A stretch of DNA of 57,406 nt, filler included, from Platydemus manokwari (taxonomy: Eukaryota): the NCBI GenBank assembly GCA_037951405.1. It is 5 parts of 5 records of this genome, joined end to end, with 100 filler letters (N's around TTAATTAATTAA, not from the genome) between each part and the next. Parts side by side here need not be neighbours in the genome. Positions count along the whole stretch, not along the records: positions 21,981 to 34,908 come from JBBMOY011900276.1; positions 35,009 to 44,311 come from JBBMOY011268651.1; 3 more parts are not named here. The stretch is one strand, 5' to 3'. The translations under genes and the position numbers were made by a program. Below the pieces are notes generated by a model, which was given only the letters and a program-made list of their open reading frames with translations, had not been told where the DNA came from and searched no databases. Of this stretch, positions 27,967-41,795 are shown in pieces. Within the stretch, counting starts at the first letter, position 1; the number at the start of each line of letters is the position of its first letter.

Positions 27967-28006
27967 AATAATAATAATAATAATAATTATTATTATTATT
28001 ATTATT
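27967..28006. repeat. Perfect 40-bp palindrome formed by head-to-head (AAT)n and (TTA)n microsatellites
   Basis: aataataataataataataa|ttattattattattattatt. Confidence 0.9.
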
Positions 28007-29699
28007 ATTAATTTTCAAAAAAGAATAGCAATAACAATTTCTATAGCTAAAATTTTATCAAACGATTTACGCTTTGAAACTGCAATAATGATGAGAAATT
28101 GTATTCAAATTCCGTAGGTTTATCAGTTTAGTGTTGGTAATATGTTATTTTTATTGATCCAATTTTTTACCTGACAAAGACATTGCTGGAATTTTTATTT
28201 TTACAATTTCGTGGAAGAACTTATAAGACGGTTGAGTCTTTTCTTGAAAGTTTTGTGATAAAATATTTTCGTCGTATCTTGTCTGATCAAGTTTTGTGTG
28301 ATCTGTAAAACTCATTATTCAATTGTTATGTATTTCAGACACCAGGGAGTTTACTTCAATATGATAACCGCCTTTATATTGGTTTGCTTTTTGATAGGAT
28401 AAAGGCCATTAATTTTCTAGATAATATAACACGGATTATTAAATACTCTGTAAGACCAAAGACTCAGAATACTCGAAACAAGGAATTTTTGGTCTTCTCA
28501 TTGGATTTTTTCGTCTTTGTATTTCTGTTGGTTGGCTTTATTTGGAATAAATCTCAATTAAGTGAGGTGATTCATCCTTTACAAATCTCAATAAAAACCA
28601 AGCACTTCCTAATTTCATGATTTTTATTGTTTTATATTTTACGAATTATTACTGTTAGTTGGGCCATCCTATGTTTAACTGTTGTTGGAATTTATATTGG
28701 TTGTTAATATTTCATTGAAATATTTATAAATTCACTTAAATCTACTTCAATCCTGATCTCATATCGATCAAATTCAAATTTTAATCATTAATAAAATCTT
28801 TTAAAATTAAAAAAGAGTTAAATTTTATTTAAAAACCATAAAAAGTGAAAATCGATAATTTTAGTCTATTGTATAGTATTTCATGAAATTCAAACTTAAA
28901 AACAAATTCATTTCCATGGCATTAAACCAAGTTCATTGATGTGAATTGACAAATTCTCTGTTAATCACAAATTAAATTAAATATAAATAATTCATGAAAC
29001 AAATTGCCGACGAATACAATTTGGTGAAATTTTATCTTTCAATGAGATTTTCCTCAGAAGATGAGTTTAAAGTTTATTCAAAATCACTTGCAAAATTCAG
29101 CTTTTATTGATAATAAATATTTTCGCTAGTAAATCATTTGTGATATTTTAAATTTCCCATCTCACTGTTGGTGACACATAATAACTTGTCGTGCAGTCCT
29201 CTTGACAATGGTGTAATGAGACTCATTTTTGCTGATGTTTCATCTATAATTTGTCGTTTATTTAGAGCATTTATTTCAGATAGTTTCAAAGTATAAAAAT
29301 GTTGAAAATAATCATATCGTGATTTTCAAGTAATTACTCAAGTCTCCAGTATACCTGGAGAATGAGAAAAGAACGACTGTTGAAAATTTTCTTTCAAAAC
29401 TAAAACATTATTTAAAATTAAACTTGCTTAATACTTTGACTGATTTTTTACTCATCATTTTACATTCACTACTTTATTTTTAACAAACTTAATTTTAATT
29501 AAAACGATGGATTTTATCGCAGAATTTAGTTAAAAATTAGTGTTTTGATTAACCGTTGTATTCATCAGAATACCGATATGACTTTAAATTTAAATAATCT
29601 GACGTATTTGCCACACAAAATTAAACATACACTAACAAATAGCAGCAAACTAATTTCGAAATTACCGGATATTTTTCCAATACCATGGAATCTGAAAGA

Positions 29700-30250
29700 A
29701 CAGTGGATTAAAATACATGACAGAACATAAAACAATGAATCCTATTTCAGATATTGTTAACAAGTTCGGTGCTTTTTCTCTATTTTTTTCCGATCAACTT
29801 AGAAATACACTCGTTGTTACAGAAACCTGGACAAAGTACTCTAAAAGGATTACTAATTAGTAACTGACTGATTTATCTTCGCGACTTTACCTTCACACAG
29901 CAGGTATCAAGTGAAATAGAGAGTAAAAACGCTATTTTTTAAATTATCTATCTGATTAAGCATATTGTCTATAACTTTATCCACCAAGATCAGACCGAAA
30001 CTTGACTTGTTAATGCGCATTTGTTCATTCTGCAAGCACAAGGCAGCCTTTGTGGGAGATGACAAATATTCATGTTGGTTTTCTAATCTTTGAAGAAAAA
30101 CAAGATGAAAATCACGATACGAATGTCTGAACATCAACTTTAATACAAGAAAATCCCATCATTTTTCATGCTAATTAACCAAAATATTCATAACTACTGT
30201 GGGTTTTCCATGTGTGCAATCTCAGCAAGTTGACGCTTATTTTAGAATAT
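29700..30250 (+). mobile_element. Decayed AP-endonuclease-type LINE ORF2 N-terminal remnant
   Basis: IVNK..., LVVTETW (~29810-29830) and FVGD are reminiscent of APE motifs (xxTETW, GDFN); interrupted by stops. Confidence 0.35.
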
Positions 30251-31014
30251 ACGAACGAGACACATTCTATTCAATACAGAAACAAAAATCAAAGAACAAT
30301 GATATCAATGAATATAACAGTGAGACATGCTGAGATTGACTAAATTCCATTCTCAGATTTTAAAGTTAAATTTGTAAACGTGAATGATATGACCTTGGGT
30401 TTGAATCAAGCAGTACCAGAATTATATTAATTAGTTAGTTTATGAGTTTCGTATTTGTTATCAGAAGTGTTCGAAATTATTCGAAAATATACAACGGCAA
30501 ATAACACATACTACTCCAATAATAAATCGCAGATATTCAGTTAACAATCGCTTGGAATAATCAGAGGTTCAAACTAGAGACTCTCATGATTATGGTAATA
30601 AACAGAAGGTGATATAAGAAGGAATAATAGTTTTCCTAACATGCAGAATCATCTTCCAAACCGATTCTGTATTTTTTTTCTATTATCTCAAATTTAGAAT
30701 CGCTTTGAAATAATGTGAGTACTTGGTTTCTATGGTGATTTATTGTCATTTATCTTTGTATCGGTGCAATTGGATAGGTAATTTTTAAAATTCTTCATCA
30801 ACATCTATTTGTTTGTTTTATACATAAAATTGGACCCGAGACGTGCCATCTATACAAAAATATACACAAGACGAATCAATATTTACCACTTGTTATGTCT
30901 TGTTAATCAAATTATATTTAAAACAAAGATGACAATAATAAATACAGTGTATTACGCACTCTGAATAATATAAAGAATTATGATTAGAAGTTATATGATT
31001 AATATTTGGGATTT

Positions 31015-34000
31015 TTAAGCGAAAAATCCCCAATAGAAAATCGTTATGGCCACTAAAGCCAAACACACACAATCAACAATGATTTTCCACTTTCTTTCTT
31101 CGTGAATACTATTTTGTAGCTGTGTTATTGCAATAATTTCTTCAGCTGTCATTTTTGGAGCTGCTTTCTCTTTATTTAAGTCTTCAATACCACAAACCCA
31201 ATGTAGAGCTTTCAAATACCATGGCAACACGTTGACCTTTTCTAGACTGTTGCCGTCCTCAGCATGATTCATTTCGAAATCGCTTTCTAGAAGAAGAGAA
31301 TAATATTAAAGTTGAGAAATGTTTTCTGAATGATTTCAAATGATTATATCAACTTGTCTGTCAGACAACAAGCAATTTATGGGTTTTATAGTCTTGTAGA
31401 CTATATGGTAGAGCTATTTTCGATTATAATTAAATTGAAAAAATTATGTTACGTTAAATTTAAATTATATTACTTTTAAGTAAAAATATCAACCGAACAG
31501 AACCAAGATCGATTAATTTAAATAATAATTAATATGGAATAATTAAATATGGAATTAGTATACCTAAATATTACCATGGAAACAGTATGTATTGTTATGG
31601 CAATATATCAAATAACAAAAAAGATAAATAAACGATAACGAAGTAAACAAATAAGAATTAATCAGTCATAAATGATCATAGCAAAAATAAAAACAAAAAT
31701 GCTATAAAAGTAGTTAACTAATATTACAAAATCGCACAAAAAGTTAACGGAAAAACTCGAAGACAATTTGAAATCGACCTTTGCTACAAATTAAAGAATC
31801 TTTTATACGAAAAATTTGCACGTAAAAGGATTATCATTGATTAATTCGTAGTGAACATTTTACAGTTTTCTTAACTCATTACTTCTCTGACCTCTTTTTT
31901 CTTCCTAAGATGAGATGCATTAGTTCCCAACACTGGTTAATAATCTTTTTATGACATTACAGCCGTAAAAAAATTGAATATATCTTGACAATTGCATTGC
32001 TTATTCTATTGTTACGCAACATACTCTTCGGCATGGCTTAGAGTCAGATATTGGTGGCACTAATTGATTTCTACCTCAAACCTAGCAACGTAAATAAATG
32101 TTATCGACTCAACTAAAGTGAGCAATAATCACATCGCTAAGTTCCATCAGATTTATGGCCTATAATAAGTAACAGCTTCAGAGAAAGCTATTATTATAAC
32201 TATTTATATTTATTATTTGTTAGAATTTCTCATAAAATATTATTACTATTATAATATAAAAATATATAAATTCTACCGTAACATGGGTTGACATTTCCAG
32301 TGTTATATAATACGTCTTTGTGATATGTTTTGCGACAATTCCAAAACAAAAGCCCATTCGTCTGAATTGAATGTTACTGATAATTATATCATGAAAATAT
32401 ATAATTTATAATATAATCAAATAATTATATTATGGATAAATTTAGCAGATAAATAATATTTACATGTTCTTCATCCATGGGTTTCGTTACAATACTGGTA
32501 AAAATAGCTACGATAAATGTCAGACCAAATAACATGATTCCAAAATGAAGATAATGTACTCTTGATATAATCGAAGGAATAATGTTCACTTCTCCACAAG
32601 GTTTTGGAGGATAAGCTACTTCGGAAAAAAACCTCAAAAGTCCCACAACTAATCCAAACATTAAACCCACGAAAGCACCCTATGAGATGTAATGAAATAT
32701 TTTTTACTTTTTAAGAGATTAAAATACTTTTTCATTGCAACGTTTCCAAAACAAGGCCAACAGATAAACGGCACATATCGGCGGAGCCAAATAACTGGTG
32801 ACGGATTGAATGTAGTGAAACAATTCGTTACTTGATTTAACGATTGGAATCCACGCTATACCTATTGCCACCATCACAAGGACAAAGACTCTAAAATATT
32901 AATCAGATGAGTAGTATAATTGTGATTTTTATCTTGATTTCGATGTTTTTTTAACACGGATGTATTCGGTTATTATAGAAGATAAAAATTCAAAGTAATA
33001 AACTGGAAGATATTGAGATGACACATAAATATACAATATAGAAGAGTACCGACTCCGAAAAAGCTTCATAAAATAAATATTCTTTGAATAATAGGAAATA
33101 AACTGAATTAATGTCACGTGTAATTGTTCTCGTTAAAATCAAGTAGTAAACTCTAAAATCAACTCTAAGTCACTATCACTAAGTTTTCCGATTTGCTTAC
33201 ATGAGATTTGAGCTCAAAATAGTATCAAAACGTTAAATGATAGCATTTATCGATTAGTTTTAAATCATATATATAAACAATTTTAGGTAAACAATTCATC
33301 TTTCCACAAACTACAGCTTTGCCGAACCACATTAAAAACAAATTTGATATTCAAAGTTTATTTGATAACGATTTACCGCCCAGAATCTTGATAAACCTAA
33401 ATGGGTTTATTTTAAAATCTGCGACCTATTTAAATTCTGCACGAAATTGTTGACAAAATAAACATTCTAATAAAGGTTTCATGTTTAATCAGTAATTTTA
33501 TGCTTTCAGAAATTATTCTTTTCTGAAGTTTACTTTAAATGAAATCAATATTCCAGTTAGAAGAGTTTTCAGTTATTCAGCTTATTGAGATTTCGTTAAC
33601 AGCTATTATTGTTATTGATTTTAATTGTGACAAACATTGGTCATTATATTTTATATTTTATACCAAATCGTACTAATAAACTTAGATCTGCTAAATATGT
33701 ATTAGGCTCAATCGATGTTATTAATAAGAAATTATCGATTTTCTTTAACTCAACATATGTTTGATGACGTAATAGCTCAAACTAGATTTTAACCAATCGG
33801 AATTGAGAGTTGAAAACCATTTGAAATAACTTGAAACTAAAATTATTCGTCATCGTCCATTTTAATATTCATTGAATTTATAAAAGATAAACGAAAAAAA
33901 TTTACTTCGATTGTGAAAACAAAATGTTTAATCTAATCTCTTACAGATGATGATTGATTCATTTTGATGATGTTAATAAGCTTTGTGGTTATTATTAATA

Positions 34001-34381
34001 CTGTATATCAGTTAATTCGGTAAGAATCTTTCTCTGAATGTATATATTGATGAATTCGTTTTATTAAATGATACATTGAATGATATTTTATTTTCGATTT
34101 AGAAAATTAAAGGAAAATATACCGTCCGACAATCATGAGTTCGACATCAGTTGCAGATTTCCGTATGCGCTGCCAGATATCGAGAGTAAAAATAGTCGAT
34201 GCGGAATTGAATATGCTTGTCAAACTGGAGACTAAACTTGCAATCATTACTGCCAACATCAAACCTCTGGCACCCGTTGGGAGGATTTCTAATACAAGTT
34301 TCGGATAAGCAATATCTGAACATCCCTTTTCTTTGCCACAAATTGAAGCACATATTGATGGTGTGTTGCATGCGACCTCGT
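31015..34381 (-). CDS. SLC5A: Sodium:solute symporter, SLC5 (SGLT-type), last five exons: 34381-34123, 32890-32728, 32679-32464, 32361-32277, 31286-31015
   Basis: [50 protein letters not shown]|[32 protein letters not shown]|GAF, VHYLHFG, C-terminal WGFFA-stop. All junctions are GT-AG and in frame. Upstream exons were not seen before the gap at 34909. Confidence 0.93.
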
Positions 34382-34717
34382 CTTAAAAGAAAAATGGAGA
34401 ATTATACAGAAAAACATTTAGAAATTAAAATAAAATTAGAAATTAGACAATCAATGTTTGTTGAAGTTAGATCTTAGATATGGGATTTGTTTAAATATTC
34501 GAAAACGTTTAACGTTCAATAAATTACTGGATGAATATTTATATATTCTAAATTTCTTGAGCCAAGAAATATTCTCCCGGTTGTAAAATGATATATAATT
34601 TATAAATACGTATTCTTCTCTATTCATAAACCTATGCTCAATCCTGTGAAAGATATTTCTCCTATAGTCAATAAGGGGTTATATAAATCGATTGCACAAT
34701 ATTCCAATGTTTTAGGG

Positions 34718-34743
34718 CAGGGATCTCCAAAGTACGGCCCGCC
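34718..34743 (+). mobile_element. hAT (Charlie/SPIN/OC1-like) terminal inverted repeat fragment
   Basis: cagggatctccaaagtacggcccgcc resembles the CAGGGGTC..CAAA.TACGGCCCGC terminus typical of these hAT elements; partner end not seen. Confidence 0.55.
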
Positions 34744-34908
34744 AAGCTTGCTATGAAACACACGAACATTATGACAAAATCAAGTGATACACATATTTAT
34801 GATAATCGCGGTATTTTTAATGATGTTTCACCGCGTTTTTAGATATGTTCCAGAGCGCCTAGAGTTACGAAAATTACATAGATTATTCCATTTTCCGTTA
34901 TCTTTCTA

Positions 34909-35008
34909 NNNNNNNNNNNNNNNNNNNNNNNNNNNNNNNNNNNNNNNNNNNNTTAATTAATTAANNNNNNNNNNNNNNNNNNNNNNNNNNNNNNNNNNNN
35001 NNNNNNNN
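34909..35008. other. Assembly gap spacer
   Basis: N44-TTAATTAATTAA-N44. Confidence 0.98.
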
Positions 35009-35035
35009 TATTATTATTATTATTATTATTATTAC

Positions 35036-35069
<34 letters not shown>

Positions 35070-35106
35070 ATTATTAGTATTATTATTGTTATTATTATTG
35101 TTATTA
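35009..35106. repeat. Imperfect (TTA)n microsatellite at contig edge
   Basis: About 32 TTA-type units with variants. Confidence 0.95.
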
Positions 35107-36179
35107 TGAGAACTTTCGTTAATAATATTTATATATCTGTATAAGTTGATTTTATTAATTAATATCCAAAATATTTGTTTAAATTGCTCAATGAAAGAAC
35201 ACGCCACATAAAAATATTTACTATAGCCTTTAATTCCAATCTATAATATCCAGTAACTTAAGTGTCGATTAATAATTCAATGGTATAAATTTAAATTAAA
35301 TATAAACAGTGAATGTTTAATTTAAACAACAATTAAAGCTAATTCAGAAATACCTACAATTATTAGAAAAAATCGATATATTTCTTATTATATTTCTAAC
35401 ATTAATATCGTATTCGTATGATTTCTTATCTTGTTTCTTTACTGACTTATCTAAACTTTATTTCATAATTTTCTTTTCTTAAATCCGTATTGAGTTATAA
35501 ATTTTAAAATTCGTCTCGTCAATACATTAACATGAACTCGTTTATGAGCTTATTTGGTTATATTTAGCCACGTGCTTATATATTTATCCTTTTGTTTTAT
35601 CGATATATTTATTTATTTATATTTATTTATTTATATTTTCATTCATATTCTTTTAACAAATATATTTTCTATTTCAATTCTGATTTGTTGCTACAAATAT
35701 ATTTCAATCATTCACTCTGACAACATAAAGCCTTACGGAATCAAATGAAGTCGCTTTAGAAATGAAAAAACAGTCACGGGAAATCAGTAACCATGTTATA
35801 TATGTTTTCCTAAACTATTTGACAATATAAACACAATCATTAATGAACCACAAAATATAATTACTCAATCCAGTAAAACGTCACATTTTAAAGAATATAA
35901 TCGGTCGACGGTTTCAAGGTTTTAATTATTTTTTCAAGCATATCACATTTAGATCATCATCAAGATTGATGTTATTGTTATTTTCATAGGATTAGACACC
36001 AATCTTCTATCTGGTGCTTTCAATTTTTTTCTATGCTTATCGTTATATTTATGAAATTTTCAGCCGGAATTCTTTTACCAATAATGAATTTCTGAATATA
36101 TTATTATTACTACAATTGTTTTCGGAATTTATTAACTTTATTTTCATTCCTTTTATCATACATTTATGTAGAGTATAAA

Positions 36180-37530
36180 AGATGTGTCTTAGATTTGCAA
36201 CATTTTAATCAGGATTCCCCTTACAAATGTCACAATGTTTAGAATCATAAAGATATTGATTACATCAAGGATATACAAAGATATGATATAAACTCTTTTT
36301 TTAGTTGCTTGTAAATGTTTCTTCAGTCGTGATCAAAGATAGATGTGGCTGGACATCTTGATCAGTACCACATCAAATTTTCACAACAAAGAAAGTCCTC
36401 AAATCCCTCTTTCTTAAAATATCGTCATTTTTTCAGCACTTTTTACTACTATCGAATTATCTTTAACCATCTTTAATAATCTATTTCTGTCCACATTTTT
36501 ATCGAATTGTCTTTGTCGATATTAATTTTCTATCTATATATTCTATTTTATAACCCTTTCTATTGGATATAAAAGAACTGCTACTAATATTTCATTCTTG
36601 AATCTGGTGTTTCCTACTACTCTTCTGTAATTTGCTGATATTGATATTTTCAGATTCAAATCAAGTGCATGATTGTCAAATTAGTTGCTATGAGAATTGA
36701 AGCGAATTAATATGTTCGAGATTTGGTTCCAATAAATTTACTTAATTTTTATACAAATTTTATCGTTAAATAGAATTGCGTGACCCATAGTGCGGACAAA
36801 ATTAACTTCTGTATTGTTATATTCAGAACAAGTACATTGATGTGATCCATTTCTAGGTCAATAAATAACAGGTATTTTTGAATGTAGTCCTCAGTAACTT
36901 ATGCATGAGCTTGATATGTGATTTATTATAAGTATTTTCACCGACTTGAATGATTTTTGTTAGTGGTACGAATAAATTGATTGGGTTCTGATAGAACGAT
37001 GTAAATAGCATTGAAACCAACAGATTCAGGCGTTATACATGAATTTCAAATTTAGATGGTGGATGAAGCATAATGATTCTGATTAGTGATTCGATTACTT
37101 GAGTTCACATGGTTTAGTCTAATTATAGAAAATAAAATAGAAGCAAAAGTAAATGGTAAAGATTAAAATGATTTATCTTGTTTTCTATTTCCTATATCAT
37201 AGTATCTCTTCTTTATGTAGGTCGATTTTTTTAATTATTTTCTTTGATTTGATTGCCTTTAATATGAATACTTTGCGTTTACTGTTTTCGTTCACTTTAA
37301 TCATCTTTGCTATGTCAGTAAAATCACTTATTTCATCAAAAGCGCAATCATTTAATTTGTCATTTACAGAGATTGATGTTTTCTTACAACAAACCGCTCC
37401 TGTAATGTAGGCATGAAATGAAGTTCTTTGATATACATAAAAATTTATGCAATCGATGAGTGAGCAGAATATGTTTCGACTGATGTTAGGTTTGAGATTT
37501 TGCAAATCGTCATGGATTAGCATTTTATCA
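36180..37530 (-). pseudogene. Decayed coding remnant with SWIM-like and other Cys motifs, possibly a MULE-type transposase
   Basis: Minus strand reads HQCTCSEY...(frameshift)FCPHY at ~36780-36850 (CxC...CxH), HCDICK near 36220-36240, and a 108-aa ORF at 37197-37523. Many stops. Confidence 0.3.
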
Positions 37531-39181
37531 TATCGATTGAGAAACGAAATTTAATTCTTCTAATGGGATATTGATTTAAGAATTTTTTGAGTGTATGGAT
37601 TTTTAAATCAATCATTAATAAAATGATCGATTTGAAATAGAAAATATATTGATATTAAAAATATATAAATGATCGATTAAATTTATTTGAATATTTTGAA
37701 TAAATATACTTTTGTGGTTTGAAGTTCTTAGATTCGTGTTCTATTGGAAATTTGAGAAATACTACCATCTTACACAGAGCAAAGATTCTTTCATACGTTG
37801 TAGCAATTGCTCTACGAGGTTTTCAAGAATGTCTTCATCTTTTATAGAATTATTAAAGTGATTTCATGATAATTATAATTTCACAAACTACTATGTATAA
37901 GAGGCTAACATTAATAACTCTAACAATATTATCTCGATTAATATTATTTCCTCCTAATCGACAGTCCAGTCATTTTACGTCGATATCAATAACTATTGAA
38001 AATTAATAAAAATCAACACGCAAAACTTTATAATTAATAAAAATCACTTAGGTAGTGATTTGAAAATTTTAGGAATAGTTTTCACCATTTCAATTACCAT
38101 TGTTACAGTCTCAAATGATGGAGATTTCAATAATAGTATTCTCTCAGATTTCATTTCGATTTCCTTTCTTGAATGAATTTTTTTTCCAAATTTTTTTCTC
38201 TTCATTCGAAGTAGACTTAAACACAATATTCACGTTCACAGATCGGATTACCGTTCTCTCATCTTATCGCCTAATGACAGGTTTTCATATATCATTTTGT
38301 TACATTTCATTCTCATATGATCACAGTGTGTCGAAGTTGGGGTTGATTGTAATATTTATTAATAGGCATTGATTTTCAAGAACTCAAATCCATATCCATG
38401 CTTCTCGTTTTCAGATTTTCCCATACTGTTTCTGTGTCGTATTTGTGGAAGCTATTAAATGGACAAAAAATAGAAATAAAATTTTCTATCAATTTTTGTC
38501 AAGTACTGTTATGAATATTGCAATACAATTTCCAGTAGACAACGACGATCAAATCACGATAAGATTTATCTCTCTAGTATAGGAGATTTGAAAATATTTT
38601 CAAGATTAAAGTTAATATTTCTCAATAATTGCTTTTGTTTGGTGGAAAATTTTATAGTCAGTCTTTTCTATCTTGGTTGTCAAGGTGAAGTAATAAATTG
38701 TTTTCCCTTTATTTTATATAAAAATAACATACTTTTATATTGGAGTGTCTGTTCATGGTTTAACTGATGGTATTCAGATATTTGATATGCTCATGGACAC
38801 ATCGTTGCGAAATATAACTGATTTCAATTGTACTGATATTTAGAAGAGGCTGAAATGATTAAAAAGCTATTAAATGATTCTATTTTGTTAAATTTTTGAT
38901 TTAAACACTTCCACCAAAAACGTATTTAGATAAAAATCCAGTCTGACAATGTAAATCCCAATCATAGGTATTTTTGAAAATAAATTTTTAATATTTTCAA
39001 AAGAGTTTTATGATTTTTACATCAATAGGGTGAGATGAAACCATATTTAGTTATTATTGATAGTTAAGCTTTTTCATATTAACCGATCTAACCAATGTGT
39101 GTGTGCGTGTGTGTGTGTGACCAAACACTATAAATTTTAAAAATAATTTTACAAAAATTAATATAATAATTTAATTACATA

Positions 39182-41795
39182 TTTCCAGGCAATAGCATTC
39201 ATCGATATTAGAAGTGCCTTCCCCAGTGTTCCACATCAACTTATGATGAGGATCATGGAAAAGTATGGTATCGGAGAAGATTTCATAGCAGTCATCAAAG
39301 ATATTTATACGAGCTTGACCACTTATTATAAATGCCTGGTTACAAAGACACGGTTACAAAGGAAATACCATTTGAAGTGGGTGTAAAACAAGGTTGCCCA
39401 TTATCTATGCTATTCTTTGCGTTGATTATAAATCCAATTTCAATCGCGATTGAGTCAGCAGATATAAGACCTTTCGAAATTTATAGCAAAAATGTCTCCG
39501 TACTTGCTTATGCTGATGACATTGCCATTGTGACACGATCAGAAGATGATCTATAATACCTACTTGATTTAGCCTCCGATCTGGTCATAAAATGCAATTT
39601 CTTATTCCAGCCGCAGAAATGTGCATATATCTCACTTCCATTTATGGAAAACGAAAACAAAAGGTTTAAGGTGAATCTGGAACCGATTCGGATAATTGCT
39701 CCGGGTGAATTCTACCAGTATATGGGAGTCCCTGTTGGATATGGAAACGATGAAACTCCATATTCAATACTTCAGAAATTTCTGAAGTATGTACAAAGTA
39801 TTGCAGGCTCAAACCTGCTTGGCCATCAGAAAATAGATACAATTAAAAGCATTCTATTTCCGACTCTCATCTTTAGTTTCCGCACTAGAGAAATATCAAT
39901 GAGATCTCTTAGATTTGATTATGATTTGAAAAGGGCTGTTGTCTCAGGTAATTTGACCTCAAGATCCAGAGAGTCAGTCAAGAAGATACTCAAACTCCCT
40001 GACTGGGCTGACACGTGCTATATCTATATGGATAGGTTGAACGGAGGAGCTGGCTTCTGGGACTTACTAGATGAATACCACCTGCAGCAAATTATGCAAA
40101 CATTTAAATTGCTTAACGTATCGGACTTAAAGCTAAGGCATATAGTCAAAGCTGGACTTATGAAAGCCTTTAAAAATGGATTCTCTAAAAATATAGACAC
40201 ATTTAACGAAATCCTAAAATGGTTAAATGGATCTATCGAAACGAAACGAAGTTCAAACTCTAAGAAAACCTACTGGTTGAGAGTAGTTAGAGGAATCAAC
40301 TACTTTAAAATGGTACACTGGATAGTACTAGAGTTTGAAATGGATGGGGAGAATGCGTGCATTCGCATGAATGATGCTGTATGCCATACGCAGGCCATTA
40401 GGGATAAATGTAAGCGACAAGCTACACGAATTTTCAATATAGCACTTGCAGAATCATATTTACGTAAATGGCTGCAGAACCGAAACTCAAACTATCTTGG
40501 CGACGTCATTCACAAAAATATGAACATAAACAAGATCATTTGGAATGCTCAAATAACAGGCTTTGCTTGGCATTTCATACACCAAGCGAGGCTCAACTTC
40601 TTGCTATTGAATGCAGCTGCATATAAAAAAGACCCACTTAAAAGGAAGTGTCGTCGATGCTCAGTTGACGAAGAGTCTCTAAGTCATGTACTGAAATCAT
40701 GTATTCCGTGTATGACACTAATTACACAAAGGCATGATGAGTGTTTAAGGCTAGTCCACGAGTTTATTAACTCTCCTGGTCTTATGGTAAATGTTAATGA
40801 AACAGTACCATATCTTGTAGGATATGACACTGTTGCGAAATTCAGAGTAGATCTCTATATTGAGAACTGCTCAGATAAACGAATCTTCCTTGTAGACATT
40901 AAATGTCCATTGGATACGAAAAACAAATGATGCAGGCAGATGAATGGAATCTAACTCATTATGCCCCACTCTGCGATCTGGTAAAAAACATAAGCCCAAC
41001 TATAATGTCACCGTACACATTATAGTTGTTGCCTCACTACGCTCGGTCCCACAAAAGACATTGAATGTCCTAAAAGTGCTTGGCTTAACGGATACAAATA
41101 TTAAGATTTTTAGCAAACTTATGTCTGCTTCGAACATTAGGCAGTCAGCCCGGATCTGGCATCACCATCAAACGAGGTGCTAATCAATATGAAAGAAGGG
41201 TCAAGTCTACCAATTAGAGGTAATACCCAATTTCATGATGGTTTTGGCATAACACCCATAAACCAAGATCCGACAACATAAAGCCATGTGCCTGTAAATG
41301 GACAACAAATATTAGGTTATATTTTAATAATACATATGTTCTCCTTGTGATTTTAAATTCATAGGTGAGAACGCTAAAATAGGATTTCATACCTAGCTAG
41401 AATCCGGACAGCCGACCATCGGAATTTGGAAATTCAAGAGCTCTCAGATCTGGACAGAATATTGGAACATACAACTTGAACCAATGATGAATCCAGGAAT
41501 ATCGAACTCAGTATATAACCCAGTCCAACTTCTGAGAAGCTGGTCGACCAGTCTAGCCTTCACTCCTCTTTTTTCCCATCTTCTGTTCGGTTAGTTGGGG
41601 ATCAGTTCCCTTCTAGCAATTGAGCTCATACCCATCTATTGGACAAGCTCATTCTAAGTAAGGGTACTGCCTTGGGTCAGGTAACCCACTTTCTCATGAC
41701 TGGTCGAACCTCCAATACTACAATGAAAACTTTTATGTATTATAATAAATATTACATAATAATTTTAGGAATAAGTATAATAAGTTAGATTAATG
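39182..41795 (+). mobile_element. 5'-truncated RLE-type non-LTR retrotransposon (R2/NeSL group), pseudogenised RT-ZnF-RLE ORF ~39182-41183 plus ~600-bp 3' UTR
   Basis: AFIDIRSAFPSVPH, GVKQGCPLS, LAYADDIA, QPQKC, YQYMGV, GGAG, CRRC..ESLSHVLKSC (CCHC), RHD, RVDL..LVDIKCP. In-frame stops at 39329 and 39554 and a frameshift near 40930. Confidence 0.92.

Noticed and set aside
34147-34477. ORF-track entries 34147-34371 (-) and 34217-34477 (+)
   Set aside because: Wrong frame or strand over the real SLC5 exon 34123-34381.
34953-35207. Poly-Asn ORF; likewise the poly-Ile ORF at 43467-43760
   Set aside because: Microsatellite translations.
39181-39200. tttccag before the RT as a splice acceptor implying a domesticated RT exon
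   Set aside because: Two in-frame stops and a frameshift follow; 5' truncation is the simpler explanation.
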